This document shows positions 19,234 to 27,206 of a DNA stretch of 64,000 nt, piece after piece. The translations under genes and the position numbers were made by a program. Within the stretch, counting starts at the first letter, position 1. Each line of letters opens with the position of its first letter. The notes beneath the pieces were generated by a model. The model saw only the letters and a list, made by a program, of their open reading frames with translations, had not been told where the DNA came from and did not search any database. Source of the DNA: an uncultured virus (IMG/VR IMGVR_UViG_3300020185_004844) (Duplodnaviria > Heunggongvirae > Uroviricota > Caudoviricetes); IMG/VR virus record IMGVR_UViG_3300020185_004844, one strand, 5' to 3'.

Positions 19234-19261
19234 ATTATAACATGAAAGAGGAAAATGTCAA
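19234..19261 (-). promoter_or_regulatory. Consensus sigma70 promoter TTGACA-N16-TATAAT (extended TG) pointing toward the sigma gene
   Basis: TGTCAA 19256-19261 and ATTATA 19234-19239 on the + strand; overlaps the start codon of the divergent GT9 gene. Confidence 0.6.
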
Positions 19262-20109
19262 GTAAAAAAATTCTAATAGTTAATTTTGGTGGTATGGGTG
19301 ATATATTAAACACAACAGCAATAGCATGTCACCATAAAACCGTAGACCCATACGTTGAGGTACATTTCTTAACTAAAAGTAAATATGCTCACTTGATTAG
19401 GAATAATACTTATATAGATAATGTAATTATTTCATCAAGCGAATTCGATAGCTGGGGTTCAGAGATTGTGAGTAATTACTTTAAGGGCAAATTATCCCTT
19501 GATGATTATGATATTGCTTTGTTCGCGGCCCCATACATGTCCCCTCTTTATGATAGAACCGAAAGGAGCACTTTGTTAAATATAATACATGAGGAAACGA
19601 GCTTGATAGATAAGTGGAGTTGTGAATTTAAGCCTTACATTTCGTTATCTAAAGATGAGGTTATTGAGGCTGATGAATTCATGGCGTTAATCAATGGAGA
19701 ACGCAGGGTGCTTATAGAGTATGAATACTTCTCTAACCAGAGTACAATGGATATTAACTCCATAATTTCTATATGTGAAAAATTTAATGACCCAAAGTAC
19801 GACTTAATATTTTCGGGTAGGGAGAAACCAAAATACCTAGATACTTTATCATCCAAGTATGATTGTAGAATCCATCACTACAGCAAGTCATTCCTATCTA
19901 ATGCACATTTATACAATTACATGGACTTGTTTATTGGTTGCTCTTCTGGTATAACGTGCTTGACTGCATCTAATTACTGTAATCACAATATAAGTAGAAT
20001 AGAGATTGTTCGAGGTAAACACTGGTCTACAAGCTTCTGGAAGCATTTATGTAATAAAAAAATTGCATATAATAACCAAGATTTAAATATTTTTCTAGAA
20101 AAATATTAA
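19255..20109 (+). CDS. GT9-like glycosyltransferase
   Basis: ILIVNFGGMGDILNTT...LIRNNTYID; LFIGCSSGITCL. Confidence 0.7.
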   Translation: MSSKKILIVNFGGMGDILNTTAIACHHKTVDPYVEVHFLTKSKYAHLIRNNTYIDNVIISSSEFDSWGSEIVSNYFKGKLSLDDYDIALFAAPYMSPLYDRTERSTLLNIIHEETSLIDKWSCEFKPYISLSKDEVIEADEFMALINGERRVLIEYEYFSNQSTMDINSIISICEKFNDPKYDLIFSGREKPKYLDTLSSKYDCRIHHYSKSFLSNAHLYNYMDLFIGCSSGITCLTASNYCNHNISRIEIVRGKHWSTSFWKHLCNKKIAYNNQDLNIFLEKY

Positions 20110-20144
20110 TAATGTGTATTTAATGGAAAGCTTATCCATTAAAT

Positions 20145-21065
20145 ATGATTTTTTTTAATAAAAACGAAGAAATAGTAGACTGGGTCCTATTAAACTCATT
20201 AGGGATATTTAGTAGGTGTGGCCTGGGCGACATTTTAATACTCAAGGACTTTGTTACCTCGGGTGAAGCCGATAATCATCTCTTCAAATACGGAAAGCAA
20301 TTCTTACATATTAAATTTATTAAGAGCCCGATAAACAACAGAGTATCAACTTCAGTTGATTTTATTGAATCCGTATTAAAACCTTTTTGTTATAAAATTT
20401 TCTCGGACACCCCAAATGTTGTATTTTCTTTTGATGAAAACATGGACAAAAACCCAGGAGGGCATGACAATGCCGGCGGTTTTTTTTACGAAAGATTTGA
20501 TTCGCCTGTGTATATATATGGAGATGAGGTTTTCCCTTACTTGAATTACCCCGATATGTCTAATTTACTTTTTGATAAACTTAATTTTAGTAAAAGAATA
20601 CTGGATGTATCACTCTATGAATCTTATGTGTGTGTTCATACTAGATACAGAAACCTTAATGCGGCTGATGCGAACTTTTTTAGGACTTTATTTTTAGATA
20701 TAATAGGTAAATCTAGACTAAAAATAGTCCTAATAGGAGAAAGGAACAATTCATGCAACTTTTATTCTATATACAACTACTGCCTAGACTTTCTGCCAAG
20801 CGATAAATTAATTGACCTTACATCTAATGCTTTTACTTGTGATAATGTTTTGCTGGATAGTTTCGTGGCCAGCAGATCCAAATTATCGATAGGCTTCGGA
20901 ATAGGCGGCAACCTAGTATTAAACACATATACAAATACCCCAACTTACTCTTACACCGAAGACGGGTTTGATCATAAATTTTTCGACCGGTGCCCCTATA
21001 AGTTTATCTACAACAAGAAAACACCATACCTACTAGATATAAAAGGCAAGATAAATAAATTATGA
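20145..21065 (+). CDS. Hypothetical protein, GT-B glycosyltransferase-like
   Basis: GLGDIL, YVCVHTRYR, IVLIGER, IDLT, GFGIGGN. Confidence 0.5.
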   Translation: MIFFNKNEEIVDWVLLNSLGIFSRCGLGDILILKDFVTSGEADNHLFKYGKQFLHIKFIKSPINNRVSTSVDFIESVLKPFCYKIFSDTPNVVFSFDENMDKNPGGHDNAGGFFYERFDSPVYIYGDEVFPYLNYPDMSNLLFDKLNFSKRILDVSLYESYVCVHTRYRNLNAADANFFRTLFLDIIGKSRLKIVLIGERNNSCNFYSIYNYCLDFLPSDKLIDLTSNAFTCDNVLLDSFVASRSKLSIGFGIGGNLVLNTYTNTPTYSYTEDGFDHKFFDRCPYKFIYNKKTPYLLDIKGKINKL

Positions 21066-22132
21066 GAATACTATATTTACTAAATCATAAAACTTTAACT
21101 GATTTCGAAGTTCCGATTTTATTAAAAGACGGCCACGAGGTTTACTTATCTAAAAACTTCGGTAGCCTTAGCTCTGGGGAAAACTCAATAAACCACTCCA
21201 CTTCAAGGTTTTATGATAATTTCTTATCCATACATGTAACCACCTTAGGTATACTTGATAATATTGACTTTTACTCAGATCACTATGAATTAACAAAACC
21301 TGAACTAGAGGTTATAAATAACCACTTTGATATTATATTCCTAACCTCCTTGACTTCCGAAAAGATGTTGAACCAGTTATCCAAATCTTTCTCTGGGGAT
21401 ATATTCTTTAGGTTTTTTGGTTTAAGCGGCGAGGCATCATATAAAAATTTATTAAAAAACATCTTCCCATCCACTGACTTTTCTAGGTTCAAATATATTT
21501 TCTCCTATCAAGAAATTATAGATTTTGAAACTTCCAGGTCTGAAAATTTAGATTTTTTTAATAAAGATAATTCTTTTTTTGTCCCCCTAGGGTTATCTAA
21601 TTCTTTTGTTTGTAATTATCTAGAAACATATAGACCCTCTAATCTCAGGATGTGTTTTGTAAACTCAAGGATAGATGACGGCCCCGGATCTTATTATCGT
21701 AATATATATATAGATTTTTTAAATAAATTCAGCGACATACCATTTGTCGTATTAGGTAAAAATAACACATGTGTACAAGAAAAACCTTACATACTAAACA
21801 ATTTAAATGATAATGAGTTTTACGGCGAGTTTAAAAATTCCCTATTCATGCACTACCACTCAAAAGAAGAAAGACACCTACACTACCACCCACTTGAAGC
21901 TTTAATTATTGGATTACCAGTAATATTCTACTCTCAATCTTTACTAAAATCAATACTCCCACAAAGTCCTGGTATGTGCAGTTCGGATAATGAGATGATT
22001 CAAAAAAGCAACCTTATACTATCTAGATCGGCTGAGGGTAATGAATTAATCAACTCCATAATAACTTATCAAAATCAAAATATGGATAAATTATTTATTG
22101 GAAATAACCTAGATATTTTTAGTATACTATAG
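21062..22132 (+). CDS. Glycosyltransferase, GT4-like
   Basis: HYHPLEALIIGLPVI nucleotide-sugar-binding motif. Confidence 0.6.
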   Translation: MRILYLLNHKTLTDFEVPILLKDGHEVYLSKNFGSLSSGENSINHSTSRFYDNFLSIHVTTLGILDNIDFYSDHYELTKPELEVINNHFDIIFLTSLTSEKMLNQLSKSFSGDIFFRFFGLSGEASYKNLLKNIFPSTDFSRFKYIFSYQEIIDFETSRSENLDFFNKDNSFFVPLGLSNSFVCNYLETYRPSNLRMCFVNSRIDDGPGSYYRNIYIDFLNKFSDIPFVVLGKNNTCVQEKPYILNNLNDNEFYGEFKNSLFMHYHSKEERHLHYHPLEALIIGLPVIFYSQSLLKSILPQSPGMCSSDNEMIQKSNLILSRSAEGNELINSIITYQNQNMDKLFIGNNLDIFSIL

Positions 22133-22557
22133 TGAAAATAAATTTCTCAATTTCAGATTTTAATGATACTTACCTGGAAGCTCTTACTAGCTTCATAAAG
22201 AATCTAGGTTCTTCTGGTAATACTTTTAGGTATTTCGAGTCTAGAAACCTGAAGGAAGCTTTAAGTAACCACACCAAAACCTTACTTCTAATTACTGGTG
22301 GTCAGGTTATAGGGTATGGTCATTTAGATAAAGACCCAGGTGACTTAAAATTATGGTTAGGTATTTGTATTAAAGAAGACTTCTGCGGTAGAGGTTTGGG
22401 TAAAGAATTAATTCAATCTTTACTAAAAAATCAGGATGAAGACATTTTCTTATCAGTAGACAGTGATAACATTGCAGGCGTTTCTTTGTATCAAAAATAT
22501 GGCTTTTCAATTATTAAGTCGTCTGATGGTGTAACATATATGAATAAAAATGTATAA
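22132..22557 (+). CDS. GNAT N-acetyltransferase
   Basis: LGICI...GRGLGKEL, LSVDSDN..GVSLYQKYGF. Confidence 0.85.
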   Translation: MKINFSISDFNDTYLEALTSFIKNLGSSGNTFRYFESRNLKEALSNHTKTLLLITGGQVIGYGHLDKDPGDLKLWLGICIKEDFCGRGLGKELIQSLLKNQDEDIFLSVDSDNIAGVSLYQKYGFSIIKSSDGVTYMNKNV

Positions 22558-23662
22558 ATTATACGAGCCATATTTGCCCGCTAAAAGCAAAGAGTACGCC
22601 AAGGAAGCAATCGACTCTTCTTGGATTTCTTCGTTAGGTAAATATCCAGAGCTAGCTTCCAATTTACTTGCTGAAAAAAATGGGGCAAAGTATGCCTTGC
22701 TAACCAATAATGGAACTACAGCCACCCACTTAACAACTATATGCTTAAGGGAGTTTTTCCCAAAGGTTAGTAATGTTATAGTACCAAGCGCCTGTTATGT
22801 GGCTGCATATAATAGTTTAATTTACGAAGGTTATGAAAACTTATCCAGCGCAGACCTTGACATTAATACCTGGAACATGTCTATTAAAGATGACGACATC
22901 AAAAATGAATCCGCCATCATGGCGGTCCATAACTTAGGTAACATCATAAACATCCCAGATTTGTCTTCTAAATATAACATCCCAATTATTGAAGATAATT
23001 GCGAAGGTTTTTTTGGCAACTATGAAAACTCTCCATCTGGCTCGAAATCTTTTTGTTCATCCCTTTCCTTTTTTGGCAATAAAAATATCACCACAGGGGA
23101 GGGGGGCGCATTTATAACTAACGATGAAAATGTTTACGAATTTGCAAAAAAAGTCCACGGGCAAGGTCAGACTCCAAAAAGATACATTCACGATGTGCTT
23201 GGTTATAATTACAGAATGACTAATATTCAGGCGGCTATATTATTAGGCCAACTAGAAGAATATGATTACATTTTATCCGAAAAATCACGGGTTTACAATA
23301 GGTATAAAGATAATTTAAAAAGCAATAAATTTATCAGTTTCCAAGCTAGTGAAAACAATACAACTCACTCTATGTGGATGATGGGTATAAAATTTCACCT
23401 GCTTAATTCACACGAACGGGCATCTAAATTTTTTGGTGATTCTGGAGTTGAAACTCGACCCATGTTTTATCCTCATTATTTTCACAACCACTTATCAATT
23501 GAAGGTTCTTGTTTAAATTCCGAGGCTTTACAAAAACAAATAGTTTTATTCCCTTCTCATATTTTATTAAGCAATAACGACATCGATTATATTTGCTCTA
23601 AAATAAATGGCTTTACCAGTTGCCTATTCCAAGAGTGGGGGGATAAAAATGACTTCCTTTAA
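22550..23662 (+). CDS. DegT/DnrJ/EryC1/StrS sugar aminotransferase (perosamine-synthase-like)
   Basis: WISSLG, NGTTATH, IIEDNCE, SFFGNKNITTGEGG (PLP Lys), GYNYRMTNIQAA, ETRPMF. Confidence 0.9.
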   Translation: MYKLYEPYLPAKSKEYAKEAIDSSWISSLGKYPELASNLLAEKNGAKYALLTNNGTTATHLTTICLREFFPKVSNVIVPSACYVAAYNSLIYEGYENLSSADLDINTWNMSIKDDDIKNESAIMAVHNLGNIINIPDLSSKYNIPIIEDNCEGFFGNYENSPSGSKSFCSSLSFFGNKNITTGEGGAFITNDENVYEFAKKVHGQGQTPKRYIHDVLGYNYRMTNIQAAILLGQLEEYDYILSEKSRVYNRYKDNLKSNKFISFQASENNTTHSMWMMGIKFHLLNSHERASKFFGDSGVETRPMFYPHYFHNHLSIEGSCLNSEALQKQIVLFPSHILLSNNDIDYICSKINGFTSCLFQEWGDKNDFL

Positions 23663-23681
23663 CACTTAACTCAAAATATAA

Positions 23682-23990
23682 ATGTCAGATACACTAGGAT
23701 CCTTAATCGATAAATTATCAACAGTTGATTTAAAAATGTGGAATAATCAAGAACTCTTGTATGAAATCAGGAGAATGTCATTTGATGAATATCAATCGAA
23801 ATACTTTGATGATGAGCAAGGGGCAGAAAAACTCTGGGCCTGCTTAAAGAAATGCTGTGATTTAAACGTGCAAAGAAATCAGCTTATTGATGAAATTGAT
23901 GAGAAAGTAATTGAAATTATAGAAAGCAAAATAAAAGGGGAAGATTTAGACTCCGGAAAATTTATACAAAGGAAACATAAAACATATTAA
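23682..23990 (+). CDS. Small helical protein, DUF4254-like
   Basis: TLGSLIDKLS..DLKMW and LNVQRNQLIDEID. Confidence 0.55.
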   Translation: MSDTLGSLIDKLSTVDLKMWNNQELLYEIRRMSFDEYQSKYFDDEQGAEKLWACLKKCCDLNVQRNQLIDEIDEKVIEIIESKIKGEDLDSGKFIQRKHKTY

Positions 23991-23991
23991 T

Positions 23992-25023
23992 ATGAAAAAA
24001 GTTATAGTAACGGGGATTACAGGTCAAGACGGCAGTCATATGGTCGATTATTTATTGAAAAACACAGACGTAGAAGTCTACGGATCCATACGTCGTCTTA
24101 GTGTTAAAAATCATGAGAATATTCTGCACTTAAAAGAATCCGACAGGTTTAAAATTATCAACCTGGATTTAAATGATGCTCATAGCATCAGAGATGTAGT
24201 TATCGATATAAAGCCTGATTATTTTATAAATTTTGCTGCACAATCTTTTGTTGCTGGTAGTTGGGATTTCCCGATTCAAACGTGGGATACCGACTCAAAC
24301 TCCATACTTCATATGTTAGAGTCAATTCGTAGGTTTGCCCCTAATTGCAGGTTTTACAATGCAGGCTCCTCAGAAGAATTCGGGGATGTAATTAAAAATC
24401 CACAAAATGAAGAACACCCGCTTCGCCCACAATCTCCTTATGGTGCTGCAAAATGTGCGGCAAGACACCTAGTAAGAGTCTACCGAGAATCATACAATCT
24501 TTATGCCGTTCAGGGTTGGTTATTCAACCATGAAGGCACACGTCGTGGACTTGATTTCGTGACCAGAAAAATCAGTCATGGAGTAGCTAGTATAAAGAAA
24601 TCATTAGAGCTCGACTCAAAAATACCCATTTTAGAACTTGGAAATCTTGATGCCCAAAGAGACTGGAGTGATGCAGAAGATTTCATGCCAGGAGTTTGGT
24701 TAATGTTAAACCAAAATGCTCCTAAAAATTACGTACTTGGTAGCGGAGAAATGCATACCGTTAGAGAATTTCTAAATGAAAGCTTAAAGTGCGCCGGAAT
24801 TAAATACAAATCTTCGGGTTCACAAGATACAGAGAAATATCATACTTTAGATGGTAAGCTAATTTTTCAAGTTAGTCCTGAATTTTACCGACCCGCAGAA
24901 GTTCATGAACTTTGCGGGGATTGTAGTTTAGCGGAAAAAGAGATCGGATGGGTACGTAAGACCGACTTCTATGGTCTTGTTAAAAAAATGTACGAAAACG
25001 ACTACTCTCTCTTGTCTCAATGA
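23992..25023 (+). CDS. gmd: GDP-mannose 4,6-dehydratase
   Basis: TGITGQDGSH, AAQSFV, SPYGAAK, LFNHE, FVTRKI, LGNLDAQRDW, YRPAEV. Confidence 0.95.
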   Translation: MKKVIVTGITGQDGSHMVDYLLKNTDVEVYGSIRRLSVKNHENILHLKESDRFKIINLDLNDAHSIRDVVIDIKPDYFINFAAQSFVAGSWDFPIQTWDTDSNSILHMLESIRRFAPNCRFYNAGSSEEFGDVIKNPQNEEHPLRPQSPYGAAKCAARHLVRVYRESYNLYAVQGWLFNHEGTRRGLDFVTRKISHGVASIKKSLELDSKIPILELGNLDAQRDWSDAEDFMPGVWLMLNQNAPKNYVLGSGEMHTVREFLNESLKCAGIKYKSSGSQDTEKYHTLDGKLIFQVSPEFYRPAEVHELCGDCSLAEKEIGWVRKTDFYGLVKKMYENDYSLLSQ

Positions 25024-25964
25024 AAAATTTAAAGATTTTTGTTGCCGGTCATCGAGGCATGGTCGGATCTTCTGTTGTACATAAATTACGATCTTCTGGT
25101 TACAATAATATTATTACCAAAACAAGAAATGAGGTAGATTTATCAAATCAAGAGAATGTAGACAGTCTATTTGCTCACGAAAGATTTGATTATGTCATTT
25201 TGTGTGCCGCAAAAGTTGGGGGTATTTTAGCTAACGACACATATAGAGCTGATTTTATATATGACAATATACAGATATCCTCTAACATCATAAAGGCGAG
25301 CCATTCTAGTGGTGTTCAAAAACTAATTAACCTAGGGTCTTCCTGTATATATCCCAAAAATGCAGAGATACCAATCAAGGAAGAGTACCTACTTACCGGC
25401 GTCCTTGAGAACACCAACGAGCCATATGCAATCGCAAAGATAGCGGCACTTAAAATGTGTGAAGCCTTTTACCAACAATACGGGTCTAACTTCTATTCAT
25501 TAATGCCCTGCAATTTATATGGCCCCGGAGATAATTTCGATTTAGAAACTTCCCATGCCTTACCTGCTTTTATCCGCAAAGTAGATGCTGCTAAACAATC
25601 TAATTTGGATCATGTTGAAATATGGGGTAGCGGCAAACCACTAAGAGAGTTCTTATATGTCGATGACCTTACTGATGCAATTTTGTTTTGCCTAGAAAAT
25701 ATTAATGCTGAATCTATATATTCTTCCGGTATATCTCACCTCAACTGTGGATCTGAAGACGAGGTGTCCATTAGAGAGCTACTTGAGAATATAAAGCAAA
25801 CCATAGGGTACGAAGGCAATGTCATCTTTGACTCCTCTAAGCCCGACGGTACATTCAGGAAAAAAATGGACAACTCAAGAATTAAAGATCTAGGCTGCTC
25901 ACAAAAACATACATTAAAAGAAGGTCTTGAAAAAACTTATAAATGGTATCAAAATAACATGTAA
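25020..25964 (+). CDS. fcl: GDP-L-fucose synthase
   Basis: AGHRGMVGS, AAKVGGILAN, LGSSCIYPK, NEPYAIAK, WGSGKPLREFLYVDDL, KPDGT. Confidence 0.95.
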   Translation: MKNLKIFVAGHRGMVGSSVVHKLRSSGYNNIITKTRNEVDLSNQENVDSLFAHERFDYVILCAAKVGGILANDTYRADFIYDNIQISSNIIKASHSSGVQKLINLGSSCIYPKNAEIPIKEEYLLTGVLENTNEPYAIAKIAALKMCEAFYQQYGSNFYSLMPCNLYGPGDNFDLETSHALPAFIRKVDAAKQSNLDHVEIWGSGKPLREFLYVDDLTDAILFCLENINAESIYSSGISHLNCGSEDEVSIRELLENIKQTIGYEGNVIFDSSKPDGTFRKKMDNSRIKDLGCSQKHTLKEGLEKTYKWYQNNM

Positions 25965-25973
25965 TAATAAATT

Positions 25974-26885
25974 ATGTCTAAGAAAAAATGTTTAGTTACT
26001 GGAGGGGCTGGGTTTATCGGCGGTCACCTTGTTGAAATATTAATTAATGCTGGTCACGATGTTGTAGTGGTTGATGATGAATCCTCGACTGCGAACTCTC
26101 AATTTAGCTGGAGGGATGACACCGAGAACCATAAGGTAGATATTTGTGATTTTGAAAAATTAGAACCCTTATTTAAAGGTGTAGATTTAGTCTTTCATTT
26201 GGCCGCAAGGTCTCGTATTCAAATTTGTGTGCAAGATCCATCTGATGCCGTTAAAAACAATTCTCTCGGTACTGTAAATGTACTACAGTCAGCTAGATTA
26301 AACAAATGCAAGAGGGTGATGTTTGCGGGAACCTCTTCTTGTTACGGCCTAGCAAACCCAATTCCCTTAAAGGAAGATATGCCGAACGACTGCCTAAATC
26401 CCTACTCAGTCAGTAAGGCTAATTGCGAAGAGTTGTGCAAGATGTATACTAATCTTTTTGGGGTTGAGACAGTTTTATTTCGATTTTTTAATGTTTACGG
26501 GGAGCGCCAGCCCCTAGCGGGAGATTATGCTCCTGTTGTCGGTTTATTCTTTAGGCAAAAAGAATCAGGAGAACCAATGACAGTTGTTGGAGATGGTTTA
26601 CAAACAAGAGACTATACATATGTTAGGGATATTGCACAGGCTATGTATTTGGCGGGAGAATCAGAAAACAAAGAAATCATCGGGGAAATGTTTAATTTAG
26701 GTACTGGCACAAATCACTCGGTCCTTGATATCGTTAAACTTGTCGGCGGTGATCATATTCACATTGACTCAAGGCTAGGTGAAGCTCGTGATACCCTGGC
26801 GGATAACACAAAGGCCAAGACCCTTTTAAATTGGGTTCCTTCTCAAAAATTTGAAGATTGGGTCGAGGTTAATAAACCTCAGTGA
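25974..26885 (+). CDS. NAD-dependent nucleotide-sugar epimerase/dehydratase (extended SDR)
   Basis: TGGAGFIG, FHLAA, PYSVSK, RFFNVYGERQ, GDGLQTRDYTYV. Confidence 0.9.
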   Translation: MSKKKCLVTGGAGFIGGHLVEILINAGHDVVVVDDESSTANSQFSWRDDTENHKVDICDFEKLEPLFKGVDLVFHLAARSRIQICVQDPSDAVKNNSLGTVNVLQSARLNKCKRVMFAGTSSCYGLANPIPLKEDMPNDCLNPYSVSKANCEELCKMYTNLFGVETVLFRFFNVYGERQPLAGDYAPVVGLFFRQKESGEPMTVVGDGLQTRDYTYVRDIAQAMYLAGESENKEIIGEMFNLGTGTNHSVLDIVKLVGGDHIHIDSRLGEARDTLADNTKAKTLLNWVPSQKFEDWVEVNKPQ

Positions 26886-27082
26886 AAATAAGGGTTATAG
26901 GTAACGGCTTCGCTGGCTCTACTATAGCCAATGGCTTCAGCGATTACGAAGTAAAAGTTTTTGACAAAAATCCAGATACCTCTCAAAACACACTAGAATA
27001 TACTTTATCTCAGGATTTTGTTTTTATTAGTGTACCAACCCCCATTAGGGGTGCAATGAGTGCGGACTGTTTTAAAGAATAA
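26882..27082 (+). pseudogene. Truncated UDP-glucose/GDP-mannose dehydrogenase N-terminal fragment
   Basis: IGNGFAG Rossmann start and DFVFISVPTP, then a stop after 66 aa; only about 120 nt remain before nrdA. Confidence 0.7.
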
Positions 27083-27206
27083 ATTGTTAATAACTCGGTG
27101 GGTTTTATGCTTGCTATGTATGGCATTTTATTGTAATATGTTTTTTTCATATCAATATTGTTGATATTTCATTATATACGATTACAATTGTGTAAACAAC
27201 TACCCT

